The notes beneath the pieces are model-generated. The model had not been told where the DNA came from, searched no databases, and saw only the letters and a program-made list of their open reading frames with translations. From assembly GCA_044450345.1 (NCBI GenBank), contig JBIOIY010000006.1:1-64000 (forward strand): a DNA stretch of 64,000 nt, read 5' to 3'. The number at the start of each line of letters is the position of its first letter. Within the stretch, counting starts at the first letter, position 1. The translations under genes and the position numbers were made by a program. Positions 39,639 to 48,915 of the stretch are shown piece after piece. This DNA comes from Thermodesulfovibrionales bacterium. Its GTDB lineage: Bacteria; Nitrospirota; Thermodesulfovibrionia; Thermodesulfovibrionales; UBA6898.

Positions 39639-41607
39639 GAAATTCTATGTAACCACGCCGATTTATTATGTCAACGACGTCCCGCATATAGGACATGCCT
39701 ATACGACGGTGGCTGCCGATATCCTCGCCAGACACAACCGGCTTTTGGGGAACGAAGTGTTCTTCCTTACCGGGACCGATGAACACGGCCAAAAGGTCGA
39801 AAAGGCGGCTAAAGAAAATGGTCGTTCTCCCAAAGAGCATGCCGACCTGATGGTCGGCAACTTCAAGGAGCTCTGGAAGAGATTGAACATATCGAACGAC
39901 GGTTTCATTCGCACTACCGATGACGCTCATATCAAGACCGTGCAGGGGCTCCTTCAACTGTTACTGGACAGGGGAGAGATCGAAAAGAGGGAATATTCGG
40001 GCTGGTATTGCACACCTGACGAGAGGTTCTGGACTGAGAAAGACCTTATCAACGGTCAGTGTCCGGACTGCGGCCGTCCTGTCGAACAGATACATGAGGA
40101 GAATTATTTTTTCCTCATGTCCAGATATCAGGAGAGGCTGATCGAATATATAGAAAAAAATCCTGACTATATCCTGCCCGAGACCCGAAGAAACGAAGTC
40201 CTCGGGTTTCTGAGAAACAATGCCCTCGGCGACCTCTGCATCTCCCGGCCGAAGAGCAGGCTCTCGTGGGGCATCCCCCTTCCCTTTGACGAGAACTTCG
40301 TCACCTACGTCTGGTTCGACGCTCTCGTCAACTATTTTTCGGCGACGCGCTATCTGGCGCCTGAGGCCTGCAAGGCGCGCGAGGGCAATTTCTGGTGGCC
40401 TGCGAATCATCACCTTGTCGGAAAAGACATCCTCACCACCCATGCGGTGTATTGGTCCACGATGCTAATGGCCCTGAACCTGCCATTGCCGCGCAATATC
40501 TTTGCCCACGGCTGGTGGACAATTGAGGGGAAGAAGATGTCAAAATCCCTCGGCAATGTGGTTGATCCGAACGCGATCATTGAAAAATATGGGGCCGATG
40601 CCTTAAGATATTTCCTCTTCAGGGAAGTTTCGTTCGGCCTTGACGGAGATTATTCCGAAGACGCGTTGATACGGCGCATAAACACTGACCTTGCCAACGA
40701 CCTGGGAAATCTTCTTTCACGGTTCCTTACCATGTCAGAGAAGTATTACGGCGGGCAAATTCCATTGCCTTCCGGAGCCTCGAATGATCTTGCCCGCGCG
40801 TGCATTGGCGAAATAGGGCACATTGTCGATGAAGATAATTTTACCCATTGGTCTCATCTTCGCTTTACCGTAATCCTAGATCATATTTGGGGGATCATCA
40901 GCGCCGCCAATAACTTCATTGCGTCGCAGGAGCCATGGAAACTGCAAAAAACAAATCCGCAATTGCTCGAAACGGTGATGTTCAGCCTCTGGAACGCCCT
41001 CCGGCTCAGCGCAATTTTTCTTTCACCATTCATGCCGGAAACTGCTGAGAAGATATGGAAACAGATAGGCTTTAGAGAGACGATGTTCGACAAGATATCC
41101 GGAAGTCGTTCCCGGTCCGCCGGCCGAAAGTACCCCGATATCTTCACCTGGGAGTGGCGGCCTGATTATGAAATAAGAGTTTCCAAGGGGGAGCAGCTCT
41201 TCCCGAGGATCGAAAAGAAAAGGGGTGAAGAGGAGAAGGGGTTGACGGAAAAGACTGTGGAAGAGAAGGCGAAGTCGGCTGAAAATGCTATATCCATACA
41301 GGACTTTATGAAGGTCGAGATGAAGATTGGGAAAGTAGTGAGCGCCGAAAGAGTAAAAAAATCAGAAAAACTTCTGAAACTGCAGGTGGACACCGGTGAA
41401 ATGAGGCAGGTCGTTGCAGGCATCGGCAAGGCATACGCCCCTGAGGACCTCTTAGGCAGAAAGATAGTAGTCGTGACGAACCTTCAGCCGGCAAAGCTGA
41501 TGGGCAATGAATCAAACGGGATGCTCCTTGCAGCAACGGGGGCCGACGGAACGCCTGTAATTCTCGTCCCTGAAAAAGACGTCGAAGAAGGCTCCCGGAT
41601 AAAGTAG
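39631..41607 (+). CDS. metG: Methionine--tRNA ligase
   Basis: TTPIYYVN, HIGH, KMSKS, C-terminal tRNA-binding domain. Confidence 0.97.
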   Translation: MNKKFYVTTPIYYVNDVPHIGHAYTTVAADILARHNRLLGNEVFFLTGTDEHGQKVEKAAKENGRSPKEHADLMVGNFKELWKRLNISNDGFIRTTDDAHIKTVQGLLQLLLDRGEIEKREYSGWYCTPDERFWTEKDLINGQCPDCGRPVEQIHEENYFFLMSRYQERLIEYIEKNPDYILPETRRNEVLGFLRNNALGDLCISRPKSRLSWGIPLPFDENFVTYVWFDALVNYFSATRYLAPEACKAREGNFWWPANHHLVGKDILTTHAVYWSTMLMALNLPLPRNIFAHGWWTIEGKKMSKSLGNVVDPNAIIEKYGADALRYFLFREVSFGLDGDYSEDALIRRINTDLANDLGNLLSRFLTMSEKYYGGQIPLPSGASNDLARACIGEIGHIVDEDNFTHWSHLRFTVILDHIWGIISAANNFIASQEPWKLQKTNPQLLETVMFSLWNALRLSAIFLSPFMPETAEKIWKQIGFRETMFDKISGSRSRSAGRKYPDIFTWEWRPDYEIRVSKGEQLFPRIEKKRGEEEKGLTEKTVEEKAKSAENAISIQDFMKVEMKIGKVVSAERVKKSEKLLKLQVDTGEMRQVVAGIGKAYAPEDLLGRKIVVVTNLQPAKLMGNESNGMLLAATGADGTPVILVPEKDVEEGSRIK

Positions 41608-41696
41608 CTTATTTAATTTTATAATAGATTTATTAAAGGCCCAAAAAACATCAGTTCGGCGTTATCATAATGATTATTCCGTAGCGAGAGGACTAT

Positions 41697-41903
41697 ATGT
41701 CATTCAGGTGTAAGAATATGGAAGGCTGCCCCATGTATGATCTCCTCACCACAGCGGTGCGGATAATCCAGCTTCAGCCTTTTTTGATCGGCTATTGTGA
41801 AAACCCCGCGAATTGCCGCGAGTGCGCCAGATATAAGCTTATTGAAATCGGCAAGGAACCGCCAATCGACCTCCTGCCCGATGGCAAGAAGCTGCCTTCT
41901 TAG
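41697..41903 (+). CDS. Small cysteine-rich hypothetical protein
   Basis: GAGG SD; C-x5-CP...YC...CxxCARY...PIDLLPDG. Confidence 0.7.
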   Translation: MSFRCKNMEGCPMYDLLTTAVRIIQLQPFLIGYCENPANCRECARYKLIEIGKEPPIDLLPDGKKLPS

Positions 41904-42199
41904 CCTTCATCCCCTTTCAGTCTTTCGATATATTCTTCCCATTCGAGCGGCAGCATATGCTTTTTTTTGTTGTTGCATTCCTTGCACGAAGGGACGACGT
42001 TGCCCTTCGTCGACTTTCCCCCTCTGATTAGAGGGACGATATGGTCCATCGTGAGTTCTTTCGGAAGAAATTTATTATTACAGAAATAACAGACACCCTC
42101 CGACCGTTTCCTTTTCCACCATTGTGACTGCCTCAACTCCCGCGCCCTGGCGCGCTCCCTTCTGACTTCTTCCTCGGCCACCTCCGGGACAAATGCCAT
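41900..42199 (-). CDS. Small HNH endonuclease-family protein
   Basis: CYFC...DHIVP...GG...N...CKECNNKK. Confidence 0.9.
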   Translation of the reverse strand: MAFVPEVAEEEVRRERARARELRQSQWWKRKRSEGVCYFCNNKFLPKELTMDHIVPLIRGGKSTKGNVVPSCKECNNKKKHMLPLEWEEYIERLKGDEG

Positions 42200-42201
42200 C
42201 G

Positions 42202-44280
42202 CTATGGGAGGCCCGACCAGAGCATGCTTTGGTCCCTTCCGTTCTGCTTTGCATAGTAGAGGGCCTGGTCCGCCTTTTCTATAAGCTCTTCCTTGCTCTT
42301 CGCGTCGGAAGGAGAGGTAGCGATGCCTATGCTTACTGAGACCTCAATCTGCCTGCCGTTTGCAGAAAAGGGATTTTCTTTGACTTTACGTCTTAACCTC
42401 TCTGCGATGTTCTTTGCCCCTTCGCCGGAGGTCCCCGGGAGGACGACGGCAAACTCCTCTCCCCCGTATCTTGCGGGAATGTCTATGTCGCGGATCGTCT
42501 CCCTTATCACTGATGCAACCCCCTTAAGTACGAGGTCACCTATGGGATGGCCGTATGTGTCATTCACCTTCTTGAAATAGTCGATGTCCGTAAGGATGAG
42601 GGAGATAGGTTCAGCAAACCTCTTCATGCGTTTGAACTCGTCCGCTAGCTCCTCTTGAAACTTCCTATGGTTGAAGAGGCCCGTGAGACCATCTGTCGCA
42701 GCCATCTTTTCGATCCTGGCATGCAGCTGTGCATTTGCTATCGAAGTCGAAGCCTGATTGGAGAAAATATCCAGCAGATTTATGCGGGAGCTGTCGAGAA
42801 AATCCTTTTCCTCGGAAAGCATGACCAGCAGCCCCAGGAGATTGCGCTCATATATCATGGGAATAGCCATGACCGAAAGAACATTTTCCGTCTCGAACGG
42901 CATAATTTTAATTGAGGGGTATTCCCGCAGGTCGGGGACATAATGTCTGTGCCTGTTCTCAATTGCAAAATTGACGATGGTCCCCCTGAAATCGACAATG
43001 GCGGCCGCGCCGGATACGACGCCGGTATGGTACTTCAACTCAAAATTCCTGCCCTGACTGATAAAAAAAAATGATCGGGCCCCGGATATCTTCTCAGCCA
43101 CCTTGCAGAGCTTCTCGGAAATCTCATCGATCTTCAGAGAGGTTACGAGGGATGAACTCTCCCGCTCCAGCATCTTCAACCCGGATAATTCACGGTTGAG
43201 CGCCATGGATATCCTCTGTCTTTCGAGGATCCTGATAAGGTGGTCTGCAAACATCTTGACCGTTTTTTCCGTGCCCTCTATCCCGCTGAAGGCCTGGTAG
43301 CGGGAGCTGTCGACGGTCAACACCCCGGTTACGGCTGACCCTTCCATGATCGGCGCTGCGATAACAGAGGTGATCTTCATCTTTCCTGTTTTGTGATAGC
43401 CAAGGTCTGCGCCTTTGTCGTCAAGCTCACCGGACGAGAAAGTCTTCCTATCGCTCAGGCATTTGGCGATGACTCCACCATTTTTTGTAACAACAACATC
43501 CTTTCCCTCTGTAGTGCACCTCAGTTCGATGCCTTCGCTGCAAGGAACGAAAAAATTGACGGAGTCGGCAAGGACGGCCTTTTTAATGGTGAGGAGGAGC
43601 TCTTTTATTTCCTCGTCGGTACTGCGGGCAAAAGCCACATAATGGACCATCATCTCGTCGTTGCTCAAAGATTCCATCTCGGCCTCACGCGTGATGCCTT
43701 TTGCCTTGTCCCTGATCGCATTCAGCGATCTTTCAAGTTCTTCTTTCCCCTTTTTCGACTTATCGAACACTACTCCTGCCGTCAGCGCCGTAAGCATAAG
43801 GAACAAAGAAAATGCCGCCTCTTCAATGAGTATCTCGGAAGAAAATGATGCCTTATGCAGCAGATAAGAAGCAAATGCCGAGAGAGAACCCTTTAATCCA
43901 ACGACAGGGATAAGCAAAGACAGACGAAGAATGGCCTTAACCGGAAAAAAATAAACTGCGGCAATAATAAGAGGGAAAAAGACCAGTTTAAGCCAAGGCA
44001 GCTTCAGTGCCGAAATAATACCAGCCAGGGCCACTAATACCACAAATAAAAACTCCGCAGACAATTCCCTTTTGTCAGCGCTGAAAACCAGAAAGGCATA
44101 GAGCAAGGCCGTCGCAACAGACAGCGGGAACCAGATGATAGGGCGTGTTACAGGGATATCAGTCAGCAGGAAAAGCCAGGAGACAACGAGCAAAAGGAGC
44201 GCCGTGCTCCTCTTCAGCCAGTAGCTCTGCCTTTCTTTATCTCCTCTTCCCGGAAGAATTTTTTGTAGAGTACTTCCCAT
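42202..44280 (-). CDS. Membrane-anchored GAF-GAF-GGDEF diguanylate cyclase
   Basis: N-terminal TM helices, two GAF-like regions, TDGLTGLFN, I-site RxxD, ARYGGEEF; start uncertain. Confidence 0.9.
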   Translation of the reverse strand: MGSTLQKILPGRGDKERQSYWLKRSTALLLLVVSWLFLLTDIPVTRPIIWFPLSVATALLYAFLVFSADKRELSAEFLFVVLVALAGIISALKLPWLKLVFFPLIIAAVYFFPVKAILRLSLLIPVVGLKGSLSAFASYLLHKASFSSEILIEEAAFSLFLMLTALTAGVVFDKSKKGKEELERSLNAIRDKAKGITREAEMESLSNDEMMVHYVAFARSTDEEIKELLLTIKKAVLADSVNFFVPCSEGIELRCTTEGKDVVVTKNGGVIAKCLSDRKTFSSGELDDKGADLGYHKTGKMKITSVIAAPIMEGSAVTGVLTVDSSRYQAFSGIEGTEKTVKMFADHLIRILERQRISMALNRELSGLKMLERESSSLVTSLKIDEISEKLCKVAEKISGARSFFFISQGRNFELKYHTGVVSGAAAIVDFRGTIVNFAIENRHRHYVPDLREYPSIKIMPFETENVLSVMAIPMIYERNLLGLLVMLSEEKDFLDSSRINLLDIFSNQASTSIANAQLHARIEKMAATDGLTGLFNHRKFQEELADEFKRMKRFAEPISLILTDIDYFKKVNDTYGHPIGDLVLKGVASVIRETIRDIDIPARYGGEEFAVVLPGTSGEGAKNIAERLRRKVKENPFSANGRQIEVSVSIGIATSPSDAKSKEELIEKADQALYYAKQNGRDQSMLWSGLP

Positions 44281-44498
44281 TCGGGGCTGCCTTCTATCAA
44301 CTTCTTCGAAAACGACTGGAGTTTCTTTCTGACAATCTGATCTATATCCTCCCCTATCTTCAGTTCCGAAACGATCGTGCGTTTTATCTCGCGCCGTATT
44401 GCGCCCTCGTCCTCAACCAGTTCGACCAGGCCCTGCTGCATCAGGCCCTTGAGGAGTACATGACTGAGATGAGATATCTTATCCTCGGAGAGCATCAT
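44214..44498 (-). CDS. DUF507-family protein
   Basis: LSEDKISHLSH...VRKKLQS...EGSPEWEVLY; tandem partner of the next gene. Confidence 0.75.
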   Translation of the reverse strand: MMLSEDKISHLSHVLLKGLMQQGLVELVEDEGAIRREIKRTIVSELKIGEDIDQIVRKKLQSFSKKLIEGSPEWEVLYKKFFREEEIKKGRATG

Positions 44499-44776
44499 AG
44501 GACCAGGTTTCTCTCCTTCACAAGCTTATGTTTCGTGAGTTCAAAAAGCTTCCGGTAGTCCATCCTGCCCCGTTCGATATCCGTGGAGTGCTTTTTCAAC
44601 AGTTCCCGCACCTCGTCATTGAGCCTGTCTTCCACCATGAGCTCTTCCATGACGATCTCTTCCGTCTTCGCGATGAACTTGTCCATGGGGACCGTGATCT
44701 TCACAACCTCCCTTGAAGTCAGGTTCTCGGCCACCTTCCTGGCCAGTATCTGCACCCAGGACTTCGGGACCCTCAT
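44495..44776 (-). CDS. DUF507-family protein
   Basis: EDRLNDEVRELL...DYRKLFELTKHKLVKER. Confidence 0.78.
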   Translation of the reverse strand: MRVPKSWVQILARKVAENLTSREVVKITVPMDKFIAKTEEIVMEELMVEDRLNDEVRELLKKHSTDIERGRMDYRKLFELTKHKLVKERNLVL

Positions 44777-44777
44777 C

Positions 44778-45008
44778 TTATTTCTCTACGAAGGAAAGGA
44801 GCGCTATATTCCTGCCTCTCATGATCGCTTCGTTCAGTTCCCTCTGGTGCTTCGCGCACGTGCCTGTCATCCTCCTTGAAAGTATCTTCCCTCTTTCGGT
44901 CAGATATGACCTGAGGAGCCTGATGTCCTTATAATCTATAAACTCCGTCTTCTCAGAGCAGAACTTGCAGAACTTTCTCCTCTGGAACCTTTTCTGTTGA
45001 TACGCCAT
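44778..45008 (-). CDS. rpsR: 30S ribosomal protein S18 (zinc-binding type)
   Basis: CKFC, IDYKD, TERGKI, TCAKHQR. Confidence 0.97.
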   Translation of the reverse strand: MAYQQKRFQRRKFCKFCSEKTEFIDYKDIRLLRSYLTERGKILSRRMTGTCAKHQRELNEAIMRGRNIALLSFVEK

Positions 45009-45063
45009 GATGTCTCCTTTCGAATGTATATCTAAGTAATTAGTTTGTCAGATCGATCTATCG

Positions 45064-45459
45064 TTAAAACGGTTCTAAATCGGTCGTTTCTTCCGGCGGA
45101 GCGAAATCCTCTCCTCCGCCTCCGCTCTGTGCCCCGCTCTTTTTAGATGAAAGGAACTTGACAGATTGGGCAACGACCTCAAATTTTCTCCGCTGCTGTC
45201 CGTCCGATTCCCATCGTCTTTCCTGGAGCCTGCCTTCGACAAGGGCAGAACTGCCCTTGTTCAGGTACTGGCCGCAGGACTCGGCCTGCTTGCCGAAGAC
45301 AACGATATCGATAAAGGTCGTCTCCTTTTTCCATTCATCACCCTGTTTGTAAGAGTAGTTTATGGCAAGACTGAATGTGGCCACAGGCGTTCCCTGCGGG
45401 GTATATCTCAGTTCGGGGTCTTTGGTAAGATTTCCGATGAGTATTACCTTGTTATACAT
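45064..45459 (-). CDS. ssb: Single-stranded DNA-binding protein
   Basis: NKVILIGNLTKDPELRYT; acidic tail ending DLEPF. Confidence 0.97.
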   Translation of the reverse strand: MYNKVILIGNLTKDPELRYTPQGTPVATFSLAINYSYKQGDEWKKETTFIDIVVFGKQAESCGQYLNKGSSALVEGRLQERRWESDGQQRRKFEVVAQSVKFLSSKKSGAQSGGGGEDFAPPEETTDLEPF

Positions 45460-45810
45460 TTAGGCCTCGCTTTTCGGTTGTTCGGCCTCGGCGGCCTGGA
45501 TGGCCTCAAAGTGTTTTACCTGCTTCGGCCCGAGCTTGATCACCATATACTTGATAACCGGATCGAAGACCTTGTAAAACTCCTCGAGTTTCTTGACAGT
45601 CGCAGGCGGGGTCTTGAAGATGAGAAGCGTATACATACCCTTGTTCTGCTTCTTGATCTCGTAGGCCAGTTTTCTCCTGCCCCACATGTCGGTCTTGAGG
45701 ATCTCTCCTCCCGAATTGACGATCAAGTCCTTGATCTTCTGGAGTGATGCGTTGATTTCTTCGTCGGGGAGCGCAGCGTTAAGGATAACGATATTTTCGT
45801 AGATGTTCAT
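45460..45810 (-). CDS. rpsF: 30S ribosomal protein S6
   Basis: YENIVI, WGRRKLAYEI; rpsF-ssb-rpsR order. Confidence 0.96.
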   Translation of the reverse strand: MNIYENIVILNAALPDEEINASLQKIKDLIVNSGGEILKTDMWGRRKLAYEIKKQNKGMYTLLIFKTPPATVKKLEEFYKVFDPVIKYMVIKLGPKQVKHFEAIQAAEAEQPKSEA

Positions 45811-45815
45811 TCAAA

Positions 45816-45884
45816 CACCTCCTTATGGATTTTTCCCCACCGTGGCAGGGACTAAAGCCCTTCCCAAAGGAAAGAGCAAGGAGC
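45816..45884 (-). promoter_or_regulatory. S6:S18-type autoregulatory mRNA leader
   Basis: Minus strand CTCCTT can pair with SD AAGGAG; inner hairpin GCTCTTTCC/GGGAAGGGC followed by TTAGTCC, as recalled for Firmicute rpsF leaders. Confidence 0.65.
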
Positions 45885-45889
45885 ATTAA

Positions 45890-45919
45890 TTTATACCACA
45901 TATGTACAAGATCCGTCAA
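45890..45919 (-). promoter_or_regulatory. Sigma-70 promoter of the rpsF operon
   Basis: TTGACG-N18-TATAAA with extended -10 TG. Confidence 0.6.
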
Positions 45920-46050
45920 CAAAACCGCGCCGCCTAATCCACCATCACCTTTCCGCGGAGACGCATTCGATCGGCTTCATCAGGTCCTGCATCGCGGGAT
46001 CCTCGCAGTTGAGCGCTCCCTGTCGTCAATATCCCTAATGAGATGACTTC

Positions 46051-46359
46051 TTAATTTCCCCTCACCCGTATGACCACAGTGTTGATTTTGTCGATCACCA
46101 CCACGGCGTCATAGAAGTCCCTGCCCGACAACTTTGTGATGTGAACCAGGTGGCTGCCGACCTTTGTAACAGTCCCCTCTAATGCCTCCCCGGTGTCTGT
46201 CCTAACCGACACTCGCTTTCCAATATATGAGTTCAAGACATCCTTGATCCCATATGACTCGTTAAGCTCGAATTTGCTCTCCTCTGCAAAAAGATTCACG
46301 GTAAAAACCAAACAAAAAATCACCGCTACTGCCACCGACACTGTCTTTTTGGTTTTCAT
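46051..46359 (-). CDS. Small exported hypothetical protein (possible Sm-like beta fold)
   Basis: Signal peptide ending LFA; YIGKRVSVRTDTGEALEGTV; GAGGAG SD. Confidence 0.75.
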   Translation of the reverse strand: MKTKKTVSVAVAVIFCLVFTVNLFAEESKFELNESYGIKDVLNSYIGKRVSVRTDTGEALEGTVTKVGSHLVHITKLSGRDFYDAVVVIDKINTVVIRVRGN

Positions 46360-46506
46360 TCTCTCCTCCTCTTGTAACGCATTAGGACATTATTGCTTCT
46401 TTCTGTACGGTTCTCACACGCAGTTAACTTATCACTTCGGCAAATAAATATCAAAAGCTTCTTTCGACTTTTGGTCTTCCCGATGCCATTTGATTTATAA
46501 TTAAGA

Positions 46507-47574
46507 GTGGTCAAAAAGATAGAAGAAAAGATCCTCTCCGGCAAGCGCCTAACAGAGCGTGACGCGCTCAAGCTCTTTGAGACTGATGATATCTTTTCCC
46601 TGGGCAGGCTCGCATCTTCCATAGCGGAAAAGAAAAACGGGAACAAGGCCTACTTCATACGCAACAGGCATATCAACCCGACGAACATCTGCGTAAACAG
46701 ATGCAGGTTCTGTGCATTCAGCAGGTCTGCCGGGCAGGAAGGCGCCTTTGAACTGACTATCGAAGAAATTGTCAACAAACTTCGGCCGCTGGTCCGCACT
46801 GGTCGTCCTATTTCCGAGGTCCACATTGTGGGCGGACTCCATCCAGACTGGCCTTTCGAATATTACCTCGAGATGATCTCGACGATTAAAAAACACTTCC
46901 CGCAGTTGCATATCAAGGCATTTACGGCGGTCGAGGTCGACTATATGGCCGGGATAAGCGGCCTCGGACTTGGAGAAACACTCACGGCCCTGAAGTCGAA
47001 CGGCCTCGGATCGATGCCAGGAGGGGGGGCCGAGATATTCGCCCCTGCAATCAGGGGCCGTCTCTGCCCGGAAAAAATATCCGGCACGAGATGGCTTGAA
47101 GTGATGATGGCAGCCCACCGCGCCGGAATTAGGACAAACGCCACTATGTTGTACGGACACATCGAAAAATATGAGGACCGTGCCGACCATCTCGTCAGGC
47201 TCAGAAAACTCCAGGACAGGACAGGAGGGTTCCAGGCGTTTATTCCCCTTGCGTATCATCCTAAGAATACAAGAATAAAAGGGAGATACACATCCGGGAT
47301 CGATGACCTAAAGACTATTGCGATAAGTCGTTTGTTTCTGGATAATTTCGATCACATCAAGGCATATTGGATCATGCTCGGAGAAAAGATATCCCAGCTC
47401 GCACTGAAATTCGGTGCCGACGACATCGACGGAACGATCATCGAGGAAAAGATCACGCACTCGGCCGGAGCGATGACAGGGGAACAGCTTTCGGCTGATC
47501 AGCTTATATTCTTGATAAAGAGGGCCGGGAAGGTCCCGGTTGAAAGAGATTCGTTTTATCGGAAGGTCCGATGA
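46507..47574 (+). CDS. mqnE: Aminofutalosine synthase (radical SAM)
   Basis: HINPTNICVNRCRFCAF, EVHIVGG, HIKAFTAVE, HIKAYW. Confidence 0.92.
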   Translation: MVKKIEEKILSGKRLTERDALKLFETDDIFSLGRLASSIAEKKNGNKAYFIRNRHINPTNICVNRCRFCAFSRSAGQEGAFELTIEEIVNKLRPLVRTGRPISEVHIVGGLHPDWPFEYYLEMISTIKKHFPQLHIKAFTAVEVDYMAGISGLGLGETLTALKSNGLGSMPGGGAEIFAPAIRGRLCPEKISGTRWLEVMMAAHRAGIRTNATMLYGHIEKYEDRADHLVRLRKLQDRTGGFQAFIPLAYHPKNTRIKGRYTSGIDDLKTIAISRLFLDNFDHIKAYWIMLGEKISQLALKFGADDIDGTIIEEKITHSAGAMTGEQLSADQLIFLIKRAGKVPVERDSFYRKVR

Positions 47575-48629
47575 AGAAGAGGGAACGCGGTAGGATTTCT
47601 AAGAGGCGCGCGCTCACCATGCTGAAAAATGCCGACCTGCTCGAACTTGGTGCCGAGGCGGACGGTATAAGAAAGGCGATCCATCCGGAAGGCATCGTTA
47701 CTTTTATAGTCGACAGGAACATTAACTATACGAATGTATGCATCAACAAGTGCAGGTTCTGCGCCTTCTGGAGGGACGAGGACGCGCCGGATGCCTACCT
47801 TCTCGATGAAAAAACTCTCTTTGCAAAGATCGAGGAGACCATAAAACTCGGCGGTACCCAGATACTGATACAGGGCGGGCTTCACCCTTCACTCGACATC
47901 AATTACTACGTGAAATTACTGACATCGATTAAACAAAGATTCAACATTAATGTGCATGGCTTTTCACCTCCTGAAATATGCTATATCGCTGATACCTCCG
48001 ACCTTACGATAAGAGAGACCCTCAGCATATTGAGAGGGGCAGGGCTTGATTCGGTCCCCGGCGGCGGTGCGGAAATCCTTTCGGACAGGGTGAGGGAGAT
48101 ACTCAGCCCTAAAAAGATAAAGTCCTCCCGCTGGCTAGCCGTCATGGAAAGCGCCCACAGAATCGGTATGAGGACCACCGCAACCATGATGTTCGGCAGC
48201 ATCGAAAGCCCGGAGGACATCATCGAACATCTCGATTCCATCAGGAAACTGCAGGACAGGACCGGGGGCTTTACCGCCTTCATCCCATGGTCGTTCCAGC
48301 CGGGGAACACCGAATTAAGTAGGAGCTTATCGCACTACACCTCTGTTACCGCTGTCGATTATCTCAGGGTGCTCGCCCTTTCGAGGATCTATCTTGACAA
48401 CGTTGATAACATTCAGGCCTCCTGGGTAACACAGGGGCTTAAACTGGCCCAGGTCAGTCTGAGATTCGGGGCGAACGACTTCGGCTCGACGATGATAGAG
48501 GAAAATGTGGTCGCGTCTACAGGCGTCAGCTACCAGGTGTCGAAAGACGATATTCTCAACGCCATCAAAACATCGGGATTTAAACCGGCACAGAGAGACA
48601 CCTACTACAACCTGATTAAAAGATTTTAA
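47571..48629 (+). CDS. mqnC: Cyclic dehypoxanthine futalosine synthase (radical SAM)
   Basis: DRNINYTNVCINKCRFCAF, FSPPEI, QASWVTQG, GSTMIEENVV. Confidence 0.93.
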   Translation: MKKRERGRISKRRALTMLKNADLLELGAEADGIRKAIHPEGIVTFIVDRNINYTNVCINKCRFCAFWRDEDAPDAYLLDEKTLFAKIEETIKLGGTQILIQGGLHPSLDINYYVKLLTSIKQRFNINVHGFSPPEICYIADTSDLTIRETLSILRGAGLDSVPGGGAEILSDRVREILSPKKIKSSRWLAVMESAHRIGMRTTATMMFGSIESPEDIIEHLDSIRKLQDRTGGFTAFIPWSFQPGNTELSRSLSHYTSVTAVDYLRVLALSRIYLDNVDNIQASWVTQGLKLAQVSLRFGANDFGSTMIEENVVASTGVSYQVSKDDILNAIKTSGFKPAQRDTYYNLIKRF

Positions 48630-48653
48630 AGCTTCCCTGATCCCTGTAACCCT

Positions 48654-48681
48654 TTAGTATTGTCGAGTTAGTATTGTCGAG
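48654..48681. repeat. Perfect 14-bp tandem duplication
   Basis: TTAGTATTGTCGAG twice. Confidence 0.85.
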
Positions 48682-48915
48682 GAAAAAGCCGGCGACGGGC
48701 TCGATCTCGATGACTCCTTAGATAATCCTAAATTGCTTGTCTAATCTCTTCTTTTTCCATCCGATGCCCCTTATTAAACCGGAATCTCCCTCTTACTTTA
48801 TATGGGGGCTTGGATCGGCGTGCAACGGGCGGTTTCCGAAGGCCCTTCATGCTGACAAGTCCTCATGGAGTATGGTTAAATAATTATTAAATGAGTGGAG
48901 ATTTCCGGAGGAGAT

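Noticed and set aside
41900..42199. HNH gene as a mobile or defence element
   Set aside because: Short stand-alone HNH in a housekeeping context, with no repeats, methylase or partner genes
48728..48730. In-frame TAG as pyrrolysine recoding
   Set aside because: Read-through gives only 30 codons and no pyl genes are present; a nonsense mutation or chance is simpler
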